Shown here: positions 16,156-24,586 of the stretch, in pieces
How positions within the stretch are numbered: position 1 is the first letter of the stretch
Layout: every line of letters starts with the position of its first letter
IMG/VR virus record: IMGVR_UViG_3300048578_000320
Coordinates: 1 to 36,835 of that record
Source: a virus
Lineage: Duplodnaviria > Caudoviricetes
DNA length: 36,835 bases
Direction: 5' to 3' (one strand)
Made by a program: the position numbers and the translations under genes
The notes under the pieces: generated by a model
What the model was told of the DNA's origin: nothing
The model's database searches: none
The model's input: the letters and a program-made list of their open reading frames with translations, nothing else

Positions 16156-16239
16156 CAGTGGAACGACTACCGGAGGGGGAGGAAGGGGGGCTTGGCGATT
16201 TTGCGGGGTTCGTTATGACCTTCGTCTGTCATCAGGGGC

Positions 16240-16261
16240 CGTTACTGGCGCGTTACTGGCG
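16240..16261. repeat. Tandem 11-bp direct repeat
   Basis: CGTTACTGGCG twice, upstream of the head promoter. Confidence 0.8.
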
Positions 16262-16371
16262 ATGAGAGCGGACATCCTGCGCCCGTGATTCACGCCAGGG
16301 AGAAAAAATCGATCCTGGCGCGATTGTGGGGTTCTGCTGTTCGCACTCACCCTTCCCACTCAAGAGGCCCT

Positions 16372-16689
16372 ATGAAAAAACAGATCCTGCTCGGTATCAC
16401 CCTCGCCGCTCTGGGCGCCACCGCCGCCATCGCCCAGGACCAGTCACTACAGCTGCCGCCTTTGGTTGGGCGCTATCAACTCGTTGATGCCACATTCTCT
16501 GCGCCCCCTGACAACCCTGATAAAAAATTCACCCGCCTGGTCCGCATTGATACGGTCACTGGAAACATGTGGGTCTGTGACTACATCTATGTGCCCGCAA
16601 ACCCCACTCAGTGGGTATCGAATGGCCGTTGTGACCCGTTCCCCGCGCAGCAGGATTATGTGATCAATAGGAATGTGAAGAAGCAATAG
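16372..16689 (+). CDS. Secreted/periplasmic moron protein (105 aa)
   Basis: MKKQILLGITLAALGATAAIA-QD signal peptide with AIA site; SD AAGAGG; opposite strand; two Cys. Confidence 0.8.
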   Translation: MKKQILLGITLAALGATAAIAQDQSLQLPPLVGRYQLVDATFSAPPDNPDKKFTRLVRIDTVTGNMWVCDYIYVPANPTQWVSNGRCDPFPAQQDYVINRNVKKQ

Positions 16690-16702
16690 GCGATACGCTG
16701 AA

Positions 16703-17218
16703 TCACTCCATGTAGCCGGCGATCATCTCCACTATGGCGGAGCGGTCGCCGGCGGACAGTCCCAGATAGGGCCGCTCCGGAATGTCGCCCCAGGGCGCGC
16801 CACCTCCCAGGGAGCCCTTGTCGGCGCCGTACTGCATTACCGCCGCCTGGATGCGGTTGGAGCCGACCTGCAGAACCGCATCGGTTGCCTGGTAGAGAAT
16901 CTGGCTGCCCAGCTGCCGCGTCGCCCCTACCAGGGGCTTCTTGTTCTGGGCCAGGGCGGCCCCCCGGGAAATGATCCGTCCGGTCTTCTTGCTGTAGCCC
17001 CCCCGCTCCCCGATGTAGCGCTCCATGGTGGTCTGGCTGTTGGACGCCCAGCGGCTGCCGTCTGGCGCCCGGGACTCCACAAAGCGCATGCGGGTAGTCT
17101 CGGCCAGGTGTTCGCCGATGGCCAGGAGCAACGGACGCGGGCGCTGCAGGCTCTTCACCTTGGCCGCCAGGGCCGATTGGACGGCCAGCTCGTTGGCCTC
17201 GAGCTTGACCAGGCTCAT
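16703..17218 (-). CDS. Virion morphogenesis protein (Mu gpG-like)
   Basis: RFVESRAPDGSRW, VGSNRIQAAVMQYG, IPERPYLGLS. Confidence 0.9.
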   Translation of the reverse strand: MSLVKLEANELAVQSALAAKVKSLQRPRPLLLAIGEHLAETTRMRFVESRAPDGSRWASNSQTTMERYIGERGGYSKKTGRIISRGAALAQNKKPLVGATRQLGSQILYQATDAVLQVGSNRIQAAVMQYGADKGSLGGGAPWGDIPERPYLGLSAGDRSAIVEMIAGYME

Positions 17219-18012
17219 TGCAGCACCGAGGCGGCATGGGCCGCCAGGGCGGCCCCGATCTGAGGAGAGAGCCGGATCAGCTTGTCATCCACGAAGGCCT
17301 GCAGCTCGTCCTTGGCCCTGGCGCCTGGCATGTAGTCCCAGCCCTTGTCGATACCCATGGGGGCCCCCGTCCGGGGATCGATGCCGTCGTCTGGAGGGTT
17401 GTCGAGGATGCGCAAGCCCCAGGCCTTCGCATCATTGATGCTGACGGCCACGATGTAACACTGACAGCCCCAGCCGTTGGGGGTGTAGTGGGTCTGGAAC
17501 CATGGATGGTTTGCCGGCAGGGTGATGCCGTTCCATGACACATGCAGAGGGCGGGGGTGCAGCACCGAGTCCCGGTGCCGATAGGTCCAGAACGGCTTTA
17601 CCTTCAGGAGGTCGGGGTCCAGTAGCTGCTTCAGCCGGCCGGCGGAATAGCTGGTGTTGAGGTTGGTCTGGTAGATGACCCGGGTCCGCCAGTCCCGGCC
17701 TTCCTTGGTGCCGTCGCCGGTCCAGCCGGACCAGCCGTGGCGGCCGACGATGCTGTCAAAGTCCTTGCGGAACTGCTCCAGGGTGGTGCCCTGGGCGATG
17801 GCCTTGGCCACGGCGTCGGCGAGGTCTTGCAGCAGATCGGCGGCCTGGGCGCCGGCAACCACCCAGGCCCGGTCATGGGCTGCCGCCTGGATGTCGTCCC
17901 ACCGGCCGGTCGGTAACGCCAGCTTGCCCATGAAGAAGTCGATCTGTTCCTGGAACGGTAGCCGGGCCACCGCCTTTGCATCTCCCTGGGGCGGGAAGTT
18001 GATGGCCGCCAT
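17215..18012 (-). CDS. Head morphogenesis protein (Mu gpF/SPP1 gp7 family)
   Basis: RVIYQTNLNTSYSAGR, PRPLH, PNGWGCQC. Confidence 0.92.
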   Translation of the reverse strand: MAAINFPPQGDAKAVARLPFQEQIDFFMGKLALPTGRWDDIQAAAHDRAWVVAGAQAADLLQDLADAVAKAIAQGTTLEQFRKDFDSIVGRHGWSGWTGDGTKEGRDWRTRVIYQTNLNTSYSAGRLKQLLDPDLLKVKPFWTYRHRDSVLHPRPLHVSWNGITLPANHPWFQTHYTPNGWGCQCYIVAVSINDAKAWGLRILDNPPDDGIDPRTGAPMGIDKGWDYMPGARAKDELQAFVDDKLIRLSPQIGAALAAHAASVLQ

Positions 18013-19520
18013 CAGCTTTTCCCGCCGACGCCGGTCTCCTGGACCACGTCAGCCACACCGGCCAGCTCGGCGGCGGAAAAGCCCAGCTCCATGACCTTGG
18101 CCAGGCGATCAACAGGAAGATCGGAGAATGCCTGCAGCAGCTTGTCCCGCACTTCTTCCAGATTTCCGCTCTTGGCAACGATCTGGCGTACGTACTTGAG
18201 GATGTACTCCCAGGCCTGGCCCGCTTCCTTGGCCATGGTCTCGGTGGCCAGATCGGCATAGGAGGTGGCGGCCGGGCTTCCTTCAGAGAACTGGGCCGGT
18301 GGCGTCTTGGCCAGGGCATCCTGGGATGCGCCCTGGGGCAGCAAGTCGCCTTCCTGGTAACGGTAAGCCCGGATGAAGTAGGCGTTACTGAACTTGGCCC
18401 CGGCATCGGAGAGGGACTTGTCCCGGCTGGCCTGCAGGCTGTCCTGAGACTCCTGGTCCCACATCGACCACACCGGCCGCTCGGCGCTGCCCCAGTTTAG
18501 CTCCACCGTCCAGCGGATCAGCTCGTTGAAGGTCTCGGCCACGATGCCGGCATCGCCGTCTCGGATATCATCAGCCACCTCCAGGCCGGCCGTGGCGCTG
18601 GCCCGGTTGGAGTTGGCCTCCACCGTCTGGTTGGTGCCGGTCAGGGCAATGCTCACCTCGGAGCGGCAGTACATGACCAGGCGCTCGTACAGATCGGCGC
18701 TGGCGGACTTGCCGGCCGCCTCAAGGATTTCCACCGAGGAATCATCCGGAATCACGGCCACCGCATCCTGGATCATGGCTTCCAGGTTGTCGGCCAGTTG
18801 GGCCTTTTCGCTCGGTTGCGTTCCGCGCGGGGTTTTGCCGACCGCCCAGGGCGTACCGTACTTCTCGGCGAAGTTGAGCCAGAACTTAACCCCACCCTTC
18901 TTGAATACTATGGGCCAGAAGCACATGGACAGATCAGGGAAGCCGTAGGGATTGGCATAGGTGGGCTCCTGGCGGGCCACCAGGAACTTCATGGGCGGCA
19001 GCTCCTCGCCATTGACCGGGTTGGAGCGGCTCTTGAACCGCAGCAGGTTGTTGTCGTCGTAGCCGAACCACTCGGCCGGCTTGGATTCGACATTGACCGG
19101 GACCACAAGCCCCCCGACCTTGCCCCAGGTGACCTCCAAAGGCTGGTAGCCGTAGAGGACGGCATCGAGAATCTCGCCGATGATTCGCTCCAGCTGCAGG
19201 TCGGCAAAGATGGCCTCGACGTTCTTGGCCACCCGACTCTTGGCCTTCTCCCGATCCAGGCCCCACTCCAGTGCCTTTACGGCCGCCTTGCGGCGACGGA
19301 CGCAGCCGCCGACGTGGGCATCGGAGCGCAGCTCACGGTAGACGCGCAAGTCCTGGCCCCTGGCCTTGAGTATCGGGTCCGGGTTGGGGAGCAAAGTTCC
19401 CAGGTTGAAGAAGTCCGTGCTGCGGCCCCGGGTTGCGATCTGCTCGGACAGACTCGCCGCCCTGCCGGCCTCGGAGAACCTGACGAATTGATGCTCGTTG
19501 ATGTAGATGCCTTGGGCCAT
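18012..19520 (-). CDS. Portal protein (Mu gp29/DUF935)
   Basis: DAHVGGCVRRRK, NPYG, FAEKYGTPWAVGK; follows terminase. Confidence 0.93.
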   Translation of the reverse strand: MAQGIYINEHQFVRFSEAGRAASLSEQIATRGRSTDFFNLGTLLPNPDPILKARGQDLRVYRELRSDAHVGGCVRRRKAAVKALEWGLDREKAKSRVAKNVEAIFADLQLERIIGEILDAVLYGYQPLEVTWGKVGGLVVPVNVESKPAEWFGYDDNNLLRFKSRSNPVNGEELPPMKFLVARQEPTYANPYGFPDLSMCFWPIVFKKGGVKFWLNFAEKYGTPWAVGKTPRGTQPSEKAQLADNLEAMIQDAVAVIPDDSSVEILEAAGKSASADLYERLVMYCRSEVSIALTGTNQTVEANSNRASATAGLEVADDIRDGDAGIVAETFNELIRWTVELNWGSAERPVWSMWDQESQDSLQASRDKSLSDAGAKFSNAYFIRAYRYQEGDLLPQGASQDALAKTPPAQFSEGSPAATSYADLATETMAKEAGQAWEYILKYVRQIVAKSGNLEEVRDKLLQAFSDLPVDRLAKVMELGFSAAELAGVADVVQETGVGGKS

Positions 19521-19522
19521 GG

Positions 19523-21133
19523 TCAGTACCTGTCTGCAATGCCGCCCCGGGTATTACGGGGGCGAGAAACCACCGACACGGGGCCGGATGCGACCTCCAG
19601 GGTGGCGAAGTTGGCCAGGGCGCCGGCTCCGGCAAAGTCGCCGTGCCGGTACAGCTCCGGGTCTTTGAGGTCTTGGGAGCGGGCCTTGACGATCATGGGG
19701 ATGCCATCGACGGTCTCAATGGCGCGGATGTCTTGCTGCAGGGAATCGTCTTTTGGCAGGCTGATGGTGCCGTCCTCGAATAGCTGGACAAACTTTGGCA
19801 TCCAGGCGCCGTACCAGTTGCGGCTGATCTTGACCTGCTCGATGCGGTTGCGGCCGAACTCATCGGCGGTGTCTTCTGCCAGGGTTTCGCCGTTACCGGA
19901 CGCATCCAGGGCGGCACCGGCAAAGCGGGGAAGGCTGCGGATGGTGAAGAAGAGAACCAGCTTCTGCTGCCGGGCCGGCACCTTGTGCATTTCCACCACG
20001 AAAGGGACGTCCCGTCGCCTTGCCTGATCCACTCCCATGGGGCAGATGATGGAGAAGTCCCGGTGGCGGGCGTAGTCCATGCCCAGGAAGTGGCGCATGG
20101 CCGGGTCGAGCTTGGCGACTACCGGCGCCAGGTGGATATTGATCCATTCCTCGACATAGGCGTCGCGGCGATAGACCGGCTGCTTGGTGAAGTCGTCATC
20201 CAGGGCGAGGCGCAGGACCGGCCGGCCCGGCACCATGGCGTCCTCGATCCAGACGCCGGGGATGCACACACCGTTACCGTCCCGGGGAATGGCGTCCAGC
20301 TCCTCGCGCATCTGGGCCTTGCGGGGACCGTAGGCGTTGCGGATTTTCTTGTACCAGCGCTCCTTGCCTTCAGGCGTGGGCGTCTCGCCGCTCATAAAGC
20401 ACACGCGCTCGTAGAGGCCATTGGCCACGGCATCGTCAAAGGTGGCCTTATAGACCACGGCATCGTCGCCGTAGCGCCCCTCCCGGATATCGGTCGCCAT
20501 CCCGTTGAAGGGATTGCTCTTGCCGTTGTGGCTGCTGATGATGACGATGCGGCCGCCCCAGATCAGGAGGGCGGTGGCCGCATCAAGGACGGTGGCGACG
20601 TCACGGTGGAAGGCCGCCTCATCGATGATGACCTTGCCCTGCAGGCCCCGGATGTTGGCCGGGTTACTGGATAGCGCCACGATCTTGAAGCCACTGGCGA
20701 AGCGGATGCGGTAGGCGTTGATCTGGCGCGTGTTGCCGTGTTCGTCTTGGTCGTCGAACAGGAACTCTTCAATTTCGCTGACGCCGGAAGCCTGGGCCTC
20801 GGCGATGACCCGGGAGAACTTGGCGCAGTAACCGATGAACTCCAGGCCCTTCTCTTTGGTGTCGCCGATGTAGAAGACGTCCATCCCCCCGGCGCTCTTG
20901 CGAGAGGCGGCCGTGATGACGGAGTCCAGGGCTTCGGCGAAGGTGATCCCGGTTCGGCGGCCTTTCTCGCACAACTTGATCTGGGCCTGAATCCCCAGCC
21001 ATTCGGCCTGGTGAGCCATCAAGATGCCGGCGGTCAGGGGGTTCAGGCTTGAGGGAATCTGGCGTACAGACTCCGGCAGCTCGTCCCACTCGACGACGCG
21101 CAAGGTGCTGGAGGATGGCTTGAGAGCCATCAT
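19523..21133 (-). CDS. Terminase large subunit (Mu gp28-like)
   Basis: EKGRRTGIT, RGLQGKVIIDEAAFH, GMDYAR, HGDFAGA. Confidence 0.93.
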   Translation of the reverse strand: MMALKPSSSTLRVVEWDELPESVRQIPSSLNPLTAGILMAHQAEWLGIQAQIKLCEKGRRTGITFAEALDSVITAASRKSAGGMDVFYIGDTKEKGLEFIGYCAKFSRVIAEAQASGVSEIEEFLFDDQDEHGNTRQINAYRIRFASGFKIVALSSNPANIRGLQGKVIIDEAAFHRDVATVLDAATALLIWGGRIVIISSHNGKSNPFNGMATDIREGRYGDDAVVYKATFDDAVANGLYERVCFMSGETPTPEGKERWYKKIRNAYGPRKAQMREELDAIPRDGNGVCIPGVWIEDAMVPGRPVLRLALDDDFTKQPVYRRDAYVEEWINIHLAPVVAKLDPAMRHFLGMDYARHRDFSIICPMGVDQARRRDVPFVVEMHKVPARQQKLVLFFTIRSLPRFAGAALDASGNGETLAEDTADEFGRNRIEQVKISRNWYGAWMPKFVQLFEDGTISLPKDDSLQQDIRAIETVDGIPMIVKARSQDLKDPELYRHGDFAGAGALANFATLEVASGPVSVVSRPRNTRGGIADRY

Positions 21134-21687
21134 TGAACCCCGAGGAATTTCTTACGCCAGAACATGACCTGCTCTTCATTCATGCCGCCAGCCTTAAAGC
21201 TGGCCTCCAGCTCCTGAGCCTGCTCATTCAGCAGTTCCTGACGGATGGCCTGGCGCACGTCCGCCTGGTACTTCTTCAGATTCACGCTGGCCCGGGAGAG
21301 CGTGGCGATGTTCTTGGCCGCCGTGGAGAGCAGCTTGACCCGCTGCTCCGGCTTGATGGACGCATCGGTGGCCTCCTGCAGGTTCACCAGGGTCTCGAAC
21401 AGCTCGGTCTGGACCAGGGCGATCACGGCCTCGGAGCGGGCGTCCTGGTCATCGGCCGCGCCTTCGGTCAGCATGCGGGCGGCTTCGGTACTGGCCTTGA
21501 TGGCCGCCAGACGGCGTTCCAACGGCTTGCCGTAACGCTGGATGGCGCTTTTGCTGATCTGGAATCCCCGCTCCCGCAATTCCTCTTCCAAGGCCAGGTA
21601 CTGGGAGAAGTTCTTTTCCATCAGGGCCGACACCAGCCAGGCCTTCACCTCCGGCGGCAGGGCTTCGACGCTGCTGCGCTTGGCCAT
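21130..21687 (-). CDS. Mu gp27-like (DUF3486) small terminase
   Basis: MAKRSSVEALPPEVKAWL...ISKSAIQRYG. Confidence 0.88.
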   Translation of the reverse strand: MAKRSSVEALPPEVKAWLVSALMEKNFSQYLALEEELRERGFQISKSAIQRYGKPLERRLAAIKASTEAARMLTEGAADDQDARSEAVIALVQTELFETLVNLQEATDASIKPEQRVKLLSTAAKNIATLSRASVNLKKYQADVRQAIRQELLNEQAQELEASFKAGGMNEEQVMFWRKKFLGVQ

Positions 21688-21688
21688 G

Positions 21689-22000
21689 TCAGCCCCAGTA
21701 CTTCTCGGGCCGGGCAATCCCGGGCTCGACTTCCACGGTGTACTCGGCCACGTCGGTGCCGACGCGGGTCAGATCGGCCCACCAGCGGCCGGATGGTTCC
21801 TTGCGCAGTTTCACCAGCTCCCGGTCCTCCAGGTAGTCGAGCTGCTGGCGGACTTCCAGGGGAGTCACGTCCGGATAGATGGCCCGCATGGTCATCTGGA
21901 CCACGTCTTCACACACCGGCTCCGGCCGGGCGTTGTAGAGGGCGAGGATCAGGTACCAGCGCAGAGATTCGCGCCGCACTTTGGCTTGGTCGATGTTCAT
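21689..22000 (-). CDS. Mu gp26-like winged-helix protein
   Basis: RRESLRWYLIL...LDYLEDRELV...LTRVGTDVAE...PGIARP. Confidence 0.85.
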   Translation of the reverse strand: MNIDQAKVRRESLRWYLILALYNARPEPVCEDVVQMTMRAIYPDVTPLEVRQQLDYLEDRELVKLRKEPSGRWWADLTRVGTDVAEYTVEVEPGIARPEKYWG

Positions 22001-22359
22001 TGCAGGGCTCCCTTGCACTGGGCCTTGTAGATGGCATCCAGCTTGGATTCGATGATGGTTTGATTGCGGACGTAGTCATCACGCCGGACATACTTGTGCG
22101 GCAGTTCGACCTTCAGTTCCATCAGCTCACGCTCAACACGACGCCATTCCTTTCCAGCTTCGTTAAGTGTGTTTTCAAAGTTGTTGAAGCGTTGGTCCCA
22201 GTGCCCCATGCCTTCGATACGGGCCTTCTCCTGCGCTACAAAGCGCTCATCGAGGCGCTTGTCGAATTGCCAGAGGAGCAGCTTGCCGAAGCCGAAGACC
22301 ATGCCCAGGAAAGCGATGGTCACGTAAATGAGGTGCCACAGTTCAAACTGGATGGGCAT
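21997..22359 (-). CDS. Membrane-anchored coiled-coil protein (Mu gp25 position)
   Basis: N-terminal TM helix; LPHKYVRRDDYVR...IESKLDA. Confidence 0.8.
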   Translation of the reverse strand: MPIQFELWHLIYVTIAFLGMVFGFGKLLLWQFDKRLDERFVAQEKARIEGMGHWDQRFNNFENTLNEAGKEWRRVERELMELKVELPHKYVRRDDYVRNQTIIESKLDAIYKAQCKGALQ

Positions 22360-22367
22360 GGTCTTTC

Positions 22368-22604
22368 TCAGTAGTGGTGTCGGTTCAGTGCATCGTCCAG
22401 CTCGGCCTGGCACGGCGTGCAGGTCTGACAGCCGGGGGATGCCTCCCGGCGTTCCTGGGGAATCTGGTCATGGCAGACGGCGCAGCGCTTGGCAGAGGGA
22501 GTGGCAGCCTGGGCTTCCATCATCTGGTGGTGGGCCTGCCAGGCAGCCTGCCGCTCGGCCTGCTCCAGTTCGCTGGCCTGATCGAAGGCGCGCTTACTCA
22601 TCAC
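22368..22604 (-). CDS. TraR/DksA C4 zinc-finger protein
   Basis: DQASELE...CAVCHDQIPQERR...CQTCTPCQ. Confidence 0.88.
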   Translation of the reverse strand: MMSKRAFDQASELEQAERQAAWQAHHQMMEAQAATPSAKRCAVCHDQIPQERREASPGCQTCTPCQAELDDALNRHHY

Positions 22605-22869
22605 CCCGGAGTTCCTTGTTGGTCTTCTCGATCCACTCCACCAGTCCCTTCAGCCGCTCCCTGGCCAGGTGATACAGGCCCGCCGAGATCACGTGGTTCT
22701 CCGTCAGATCGTCCAGATGGTTGCTGGCCGGCTCCGGCAGCTGCTCTGGCGGTAACGTCGTCAGGTGTGCCGGCGGTATCAGTTGACGCCCCCCGGTTTG
22801 CTGACTGCCAGCGGCGCATGCCGTCAGCGTCAAGGCGACAATCAGGAGCGGAAGGATTCTCTTTGACAT
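22594..22869 (-). CDS. o-spanin lipoprotein (Rz1-like)
   Basis: MSKRILPLLIVALTLTAC lipobox; Pro-rich; in alternate frame inside the i-spanin. Confidence 0.8.
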   Translation of the reverse strand: MSKRILPLLIVALTLTACAAGSQQTGGRQLIPPAHLTTLPPEQLPEPASNHLDDLTENHVISAGLYHLARERLKGLVEWIEKTNKELRGDE

Positions 22870-23110
22870 GGGCGCGGCCCTCGGTGACCAGGCGCTGGGT
22901 GTGTTCGGCCTGCTTGGTTTCGGACTGAATGGTTTTGACCTCGACCTGGTGGCCGACTTCAGCGGCCTTGTCGTGGCGCTCGATGGCGGCTTCCTGGGCG
23001 CCGGCCTTGCCGGCCTGGCACTGGGTGTCGCCGGCCGAATCGCCCCACAGGTAGCCGGCGCCGATCCCGAGCAGGAAGGCCAGGAGGACATAAGCGAGAC
23101 GGCGGATCAC
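22601..23110 (-). CDS. i-spanin (Rz-like)
   Basis: GTG start overlapping endolysin stop; N-terminal TM (LAYVLLAFLLGIGAGYLWG), helical region, DCRLDADGMRRW. Confidence 0.78.
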   Translation of the reverse strand: MIRRLAYVLLAFLLGIGAGYLWGDSAGDTQCQAGKAGAQEAAIERHDKAAEVGHQVEVKTIQSETKQAEHTQRLVTEGRAHVKENPSAPDCRLDADGMRRWQSANRGASTDTAGTPDDVTARAAAGAGQQPSGRSDGEPRDLGGPVSPGQGAAEGTGGVDREDQQGTPG

Positions 23111-23643
23111 CAGGCACCTCCCATGCAGCGGCGGTACTCGGACTGGCGACGCTTGGTCAGACCAGGAATCCGAACCAGGGGGCACTCCCACTTGCCCGTT
23201 TTAGGGTTCTGCACCCTGGGCTTGGTGCAATCGCGGAACTTGTCGAAATCCAGGATGGTCAGGCAGGCCGCTTCATACTCCTCCCGCTCCAGCTTTCCGG
23301 GGATGGACGAATCGCAGACCGCTCCGGCGCCCACGTTGTAGGCTAGGCTGACGTAGGCGTCGTATTCGTGCTGGAACAGCTTGGCGTTGATGCAGCCCTT
23401 GAGGGTCTGCTCCTTCATGGTAACGGTGCGAACCATCAGGGCCAGGCCGGCCGGGGGGGTGATCTTGTCTCCCAGCTGGACGGGGGAGCCATCCGGCCGG
23501 GTGGTGCTGCCGAAGGCATAGGTGGGCTTGTCACCCGGGAGGGGCTGGGTTGCAGTACTTACCCAGCTTTCGTAGCCGGCAAGCCCGCCGAGGCCGAGCG
23601 CAGAGAAGCTCAGGGCGGCGATGGTGATGCGGTTAAGCTCCAA
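23107..23643 (-). CDS. SAR-type endolysin (GH24 lysozyme)
   Basis: TTG start behind GAGGA; Gly/Ala-rich N-terminal anchor; YE..GDKPTYAFGST, YDAYVSLAYNVG, GLTKRRQSE. Confidence 0.9.
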   Translation of the reverse strand: MELNRITIAALSFSALGLGGLAGYESWVSTATQPLPGDKPTYAFGSTTRPDGSPVQLGDKITPPAGLALMVRTVTMKEQTLKGCINAKLFQHEYDAYVSLAYNVGAGAVCDSSIPGKLEREEYEAACLTILDFDKFRDCTKPRVQNPKTGKWECPLVRIPGLTKRRQSEYRRCMGGAW

Positions 23644-23812
23644 GGCGCTTTTCCTCGTAACGATTCGGCACAAGCCAACATGGACCGTCGTCGGAAAAGA
23701 ACCGGGCGCGGCCCTCCAGGGTGGGGGCGGCCTTGCAGTAACCGTATCCATCCAGGCCCCGGCGCCGTTTATCGCCGGATTTTTCGTAGTGGATGCAGTC
23801 CCGGCAGGCCAT
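23633..23812 (-). CDS. Unlisted 59-aa four-Cys protein, first gene of lysis operon
   Basis: MACRDCIHYEKSGDKRRRGLDGYGYCKAAPTLEGRARFFSDDGPCWLVPNRYEEKRLGA; ATG 6 nt after the late -10; overlaps endolysin start. Confidence 0.7.
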   Translation of the reverse strand: MACRDCIHYEKSGDKRRRGLDGYGYCKAAPTLEGRARFFSDDGPCWLVPNRYEEKRLGA

Positions 23813-23818
23813 GGGCCA

Positions 23819-23863
23819 ATGCTACGGGCGCGCGCGGGAAAGGCTCAGGGGGGCGGGTGTCGG
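23819..23863 (-). promoter_or_regulatory. Late promoter of lysis/packaging operon
   Basis: CCGACACCCGCCCCCCTG-N21-TAGCAT. Confidence 0.75.
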
Positions 23864-23872
23864 GGAGAAATG

Positions 23873-23898
23873 AAAAAGCCCCGCAAGAGGCGGGGCTT
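23873..23898 (-). terminator. Rho-independent terminator ending early/middle transcription
   Basis: AAGCCCCGC-CTCTT-GCGGGGC-TTTTT on minus strand. Confidence 0.88.
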
Positions 23899-23916
23899 GT
23901 AAGGGGGCGGGGGCCG

Positions 23917-24546
23917 TTACGGTGTCGTGCTGATTACCTTCCCGGTGCTATCCAGCACGAAGGTCTTCTCCTCCTCGCTATAGCCGCCGAAGCCGTTCTT
24001 TGCCCGGTAACGGTGGGACACCACATAGTGGCCTTCTTGCCGCCGGACCTTCCCCCAGTCGATTGACTGGTAGGAATCCGGGTCTCGCAGGTTGGCCTGC
24101 AGATAGGTTTGTACTTGGTGGACAGAGCCATCCACCGGGCTGTTTCGAGGACCGCCATTCTGCTGCACCTTGCCGAAGTAGAGGGCCGAGGCGAAAACCA
24201 CAATGACCAGGCTGGAGACAAAGAGGACCCCGGCTTTCTCCACCGTAGTAGCTTCGGTGAAAGGCTTCAATGTCGGCGGTTGATACGGGCTCTGGCGGCC
24301 ACAATGGGGACAAACCTCCGCCTCCCTGGCCACCTTCTTCCGGCAAGCCTTGCACTTGCTGGTCAGAGGCCAGTTCTCTGGTGCGGTAACGAACATGGCG
24401 TCGTAGATGGCGGCGGCCAGGCTCTTCTGCTGGGGCTTCTCGTAGTATTTACGGCGACAGGCCGGGCACTCCCACTCAGCGGCTTCCCCATCGTCTTCCT
24501 GGGAGCGGACGTGCTGGCAGTGTTTGCAGATGGTTCCGATGGCCAT
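23917..24546 (-). CDS. Double zinc-ribbon, single-TM membrane protein
   Basis: Start behind AAGGAG; four CxxC pairs, TM helix, C-terminal LRDPDSY...YRAKNGFGG domain. Confidence 0.8.
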   Translation of the reverse strand: MAIGTICKHCQHVRSQEDDGEAAEWECPACRRKYYEKPQQKSLAAAIYDAMFVTAPENWPLTSKCKACRKKVAREAEVCPHCGRQSPYQPPTLKPFTEATTVEKAGVLFVSSLVIVVFASALYFGKVQQNGGPRNSPVDGSVHQVQTYLQANLRDPDSYQSIDWGKVRRQEGHYVVSHRYRAKNGFGGYSEEEKTFVLDSTGKVISTTP

Positions 24547-24586
24547 GGCTTTCTCCTTTGTCGCCATTGTCATGTATGGCAGGCGC

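Noticed and set aside
23644-23751. N-terminal extension of the endolysin in the ORF track
   Set aside because: TTG 23643 has an SD and places the SAR domain at the N-terminus; the upstream DNA encodes the 59-aa ORF in another frame
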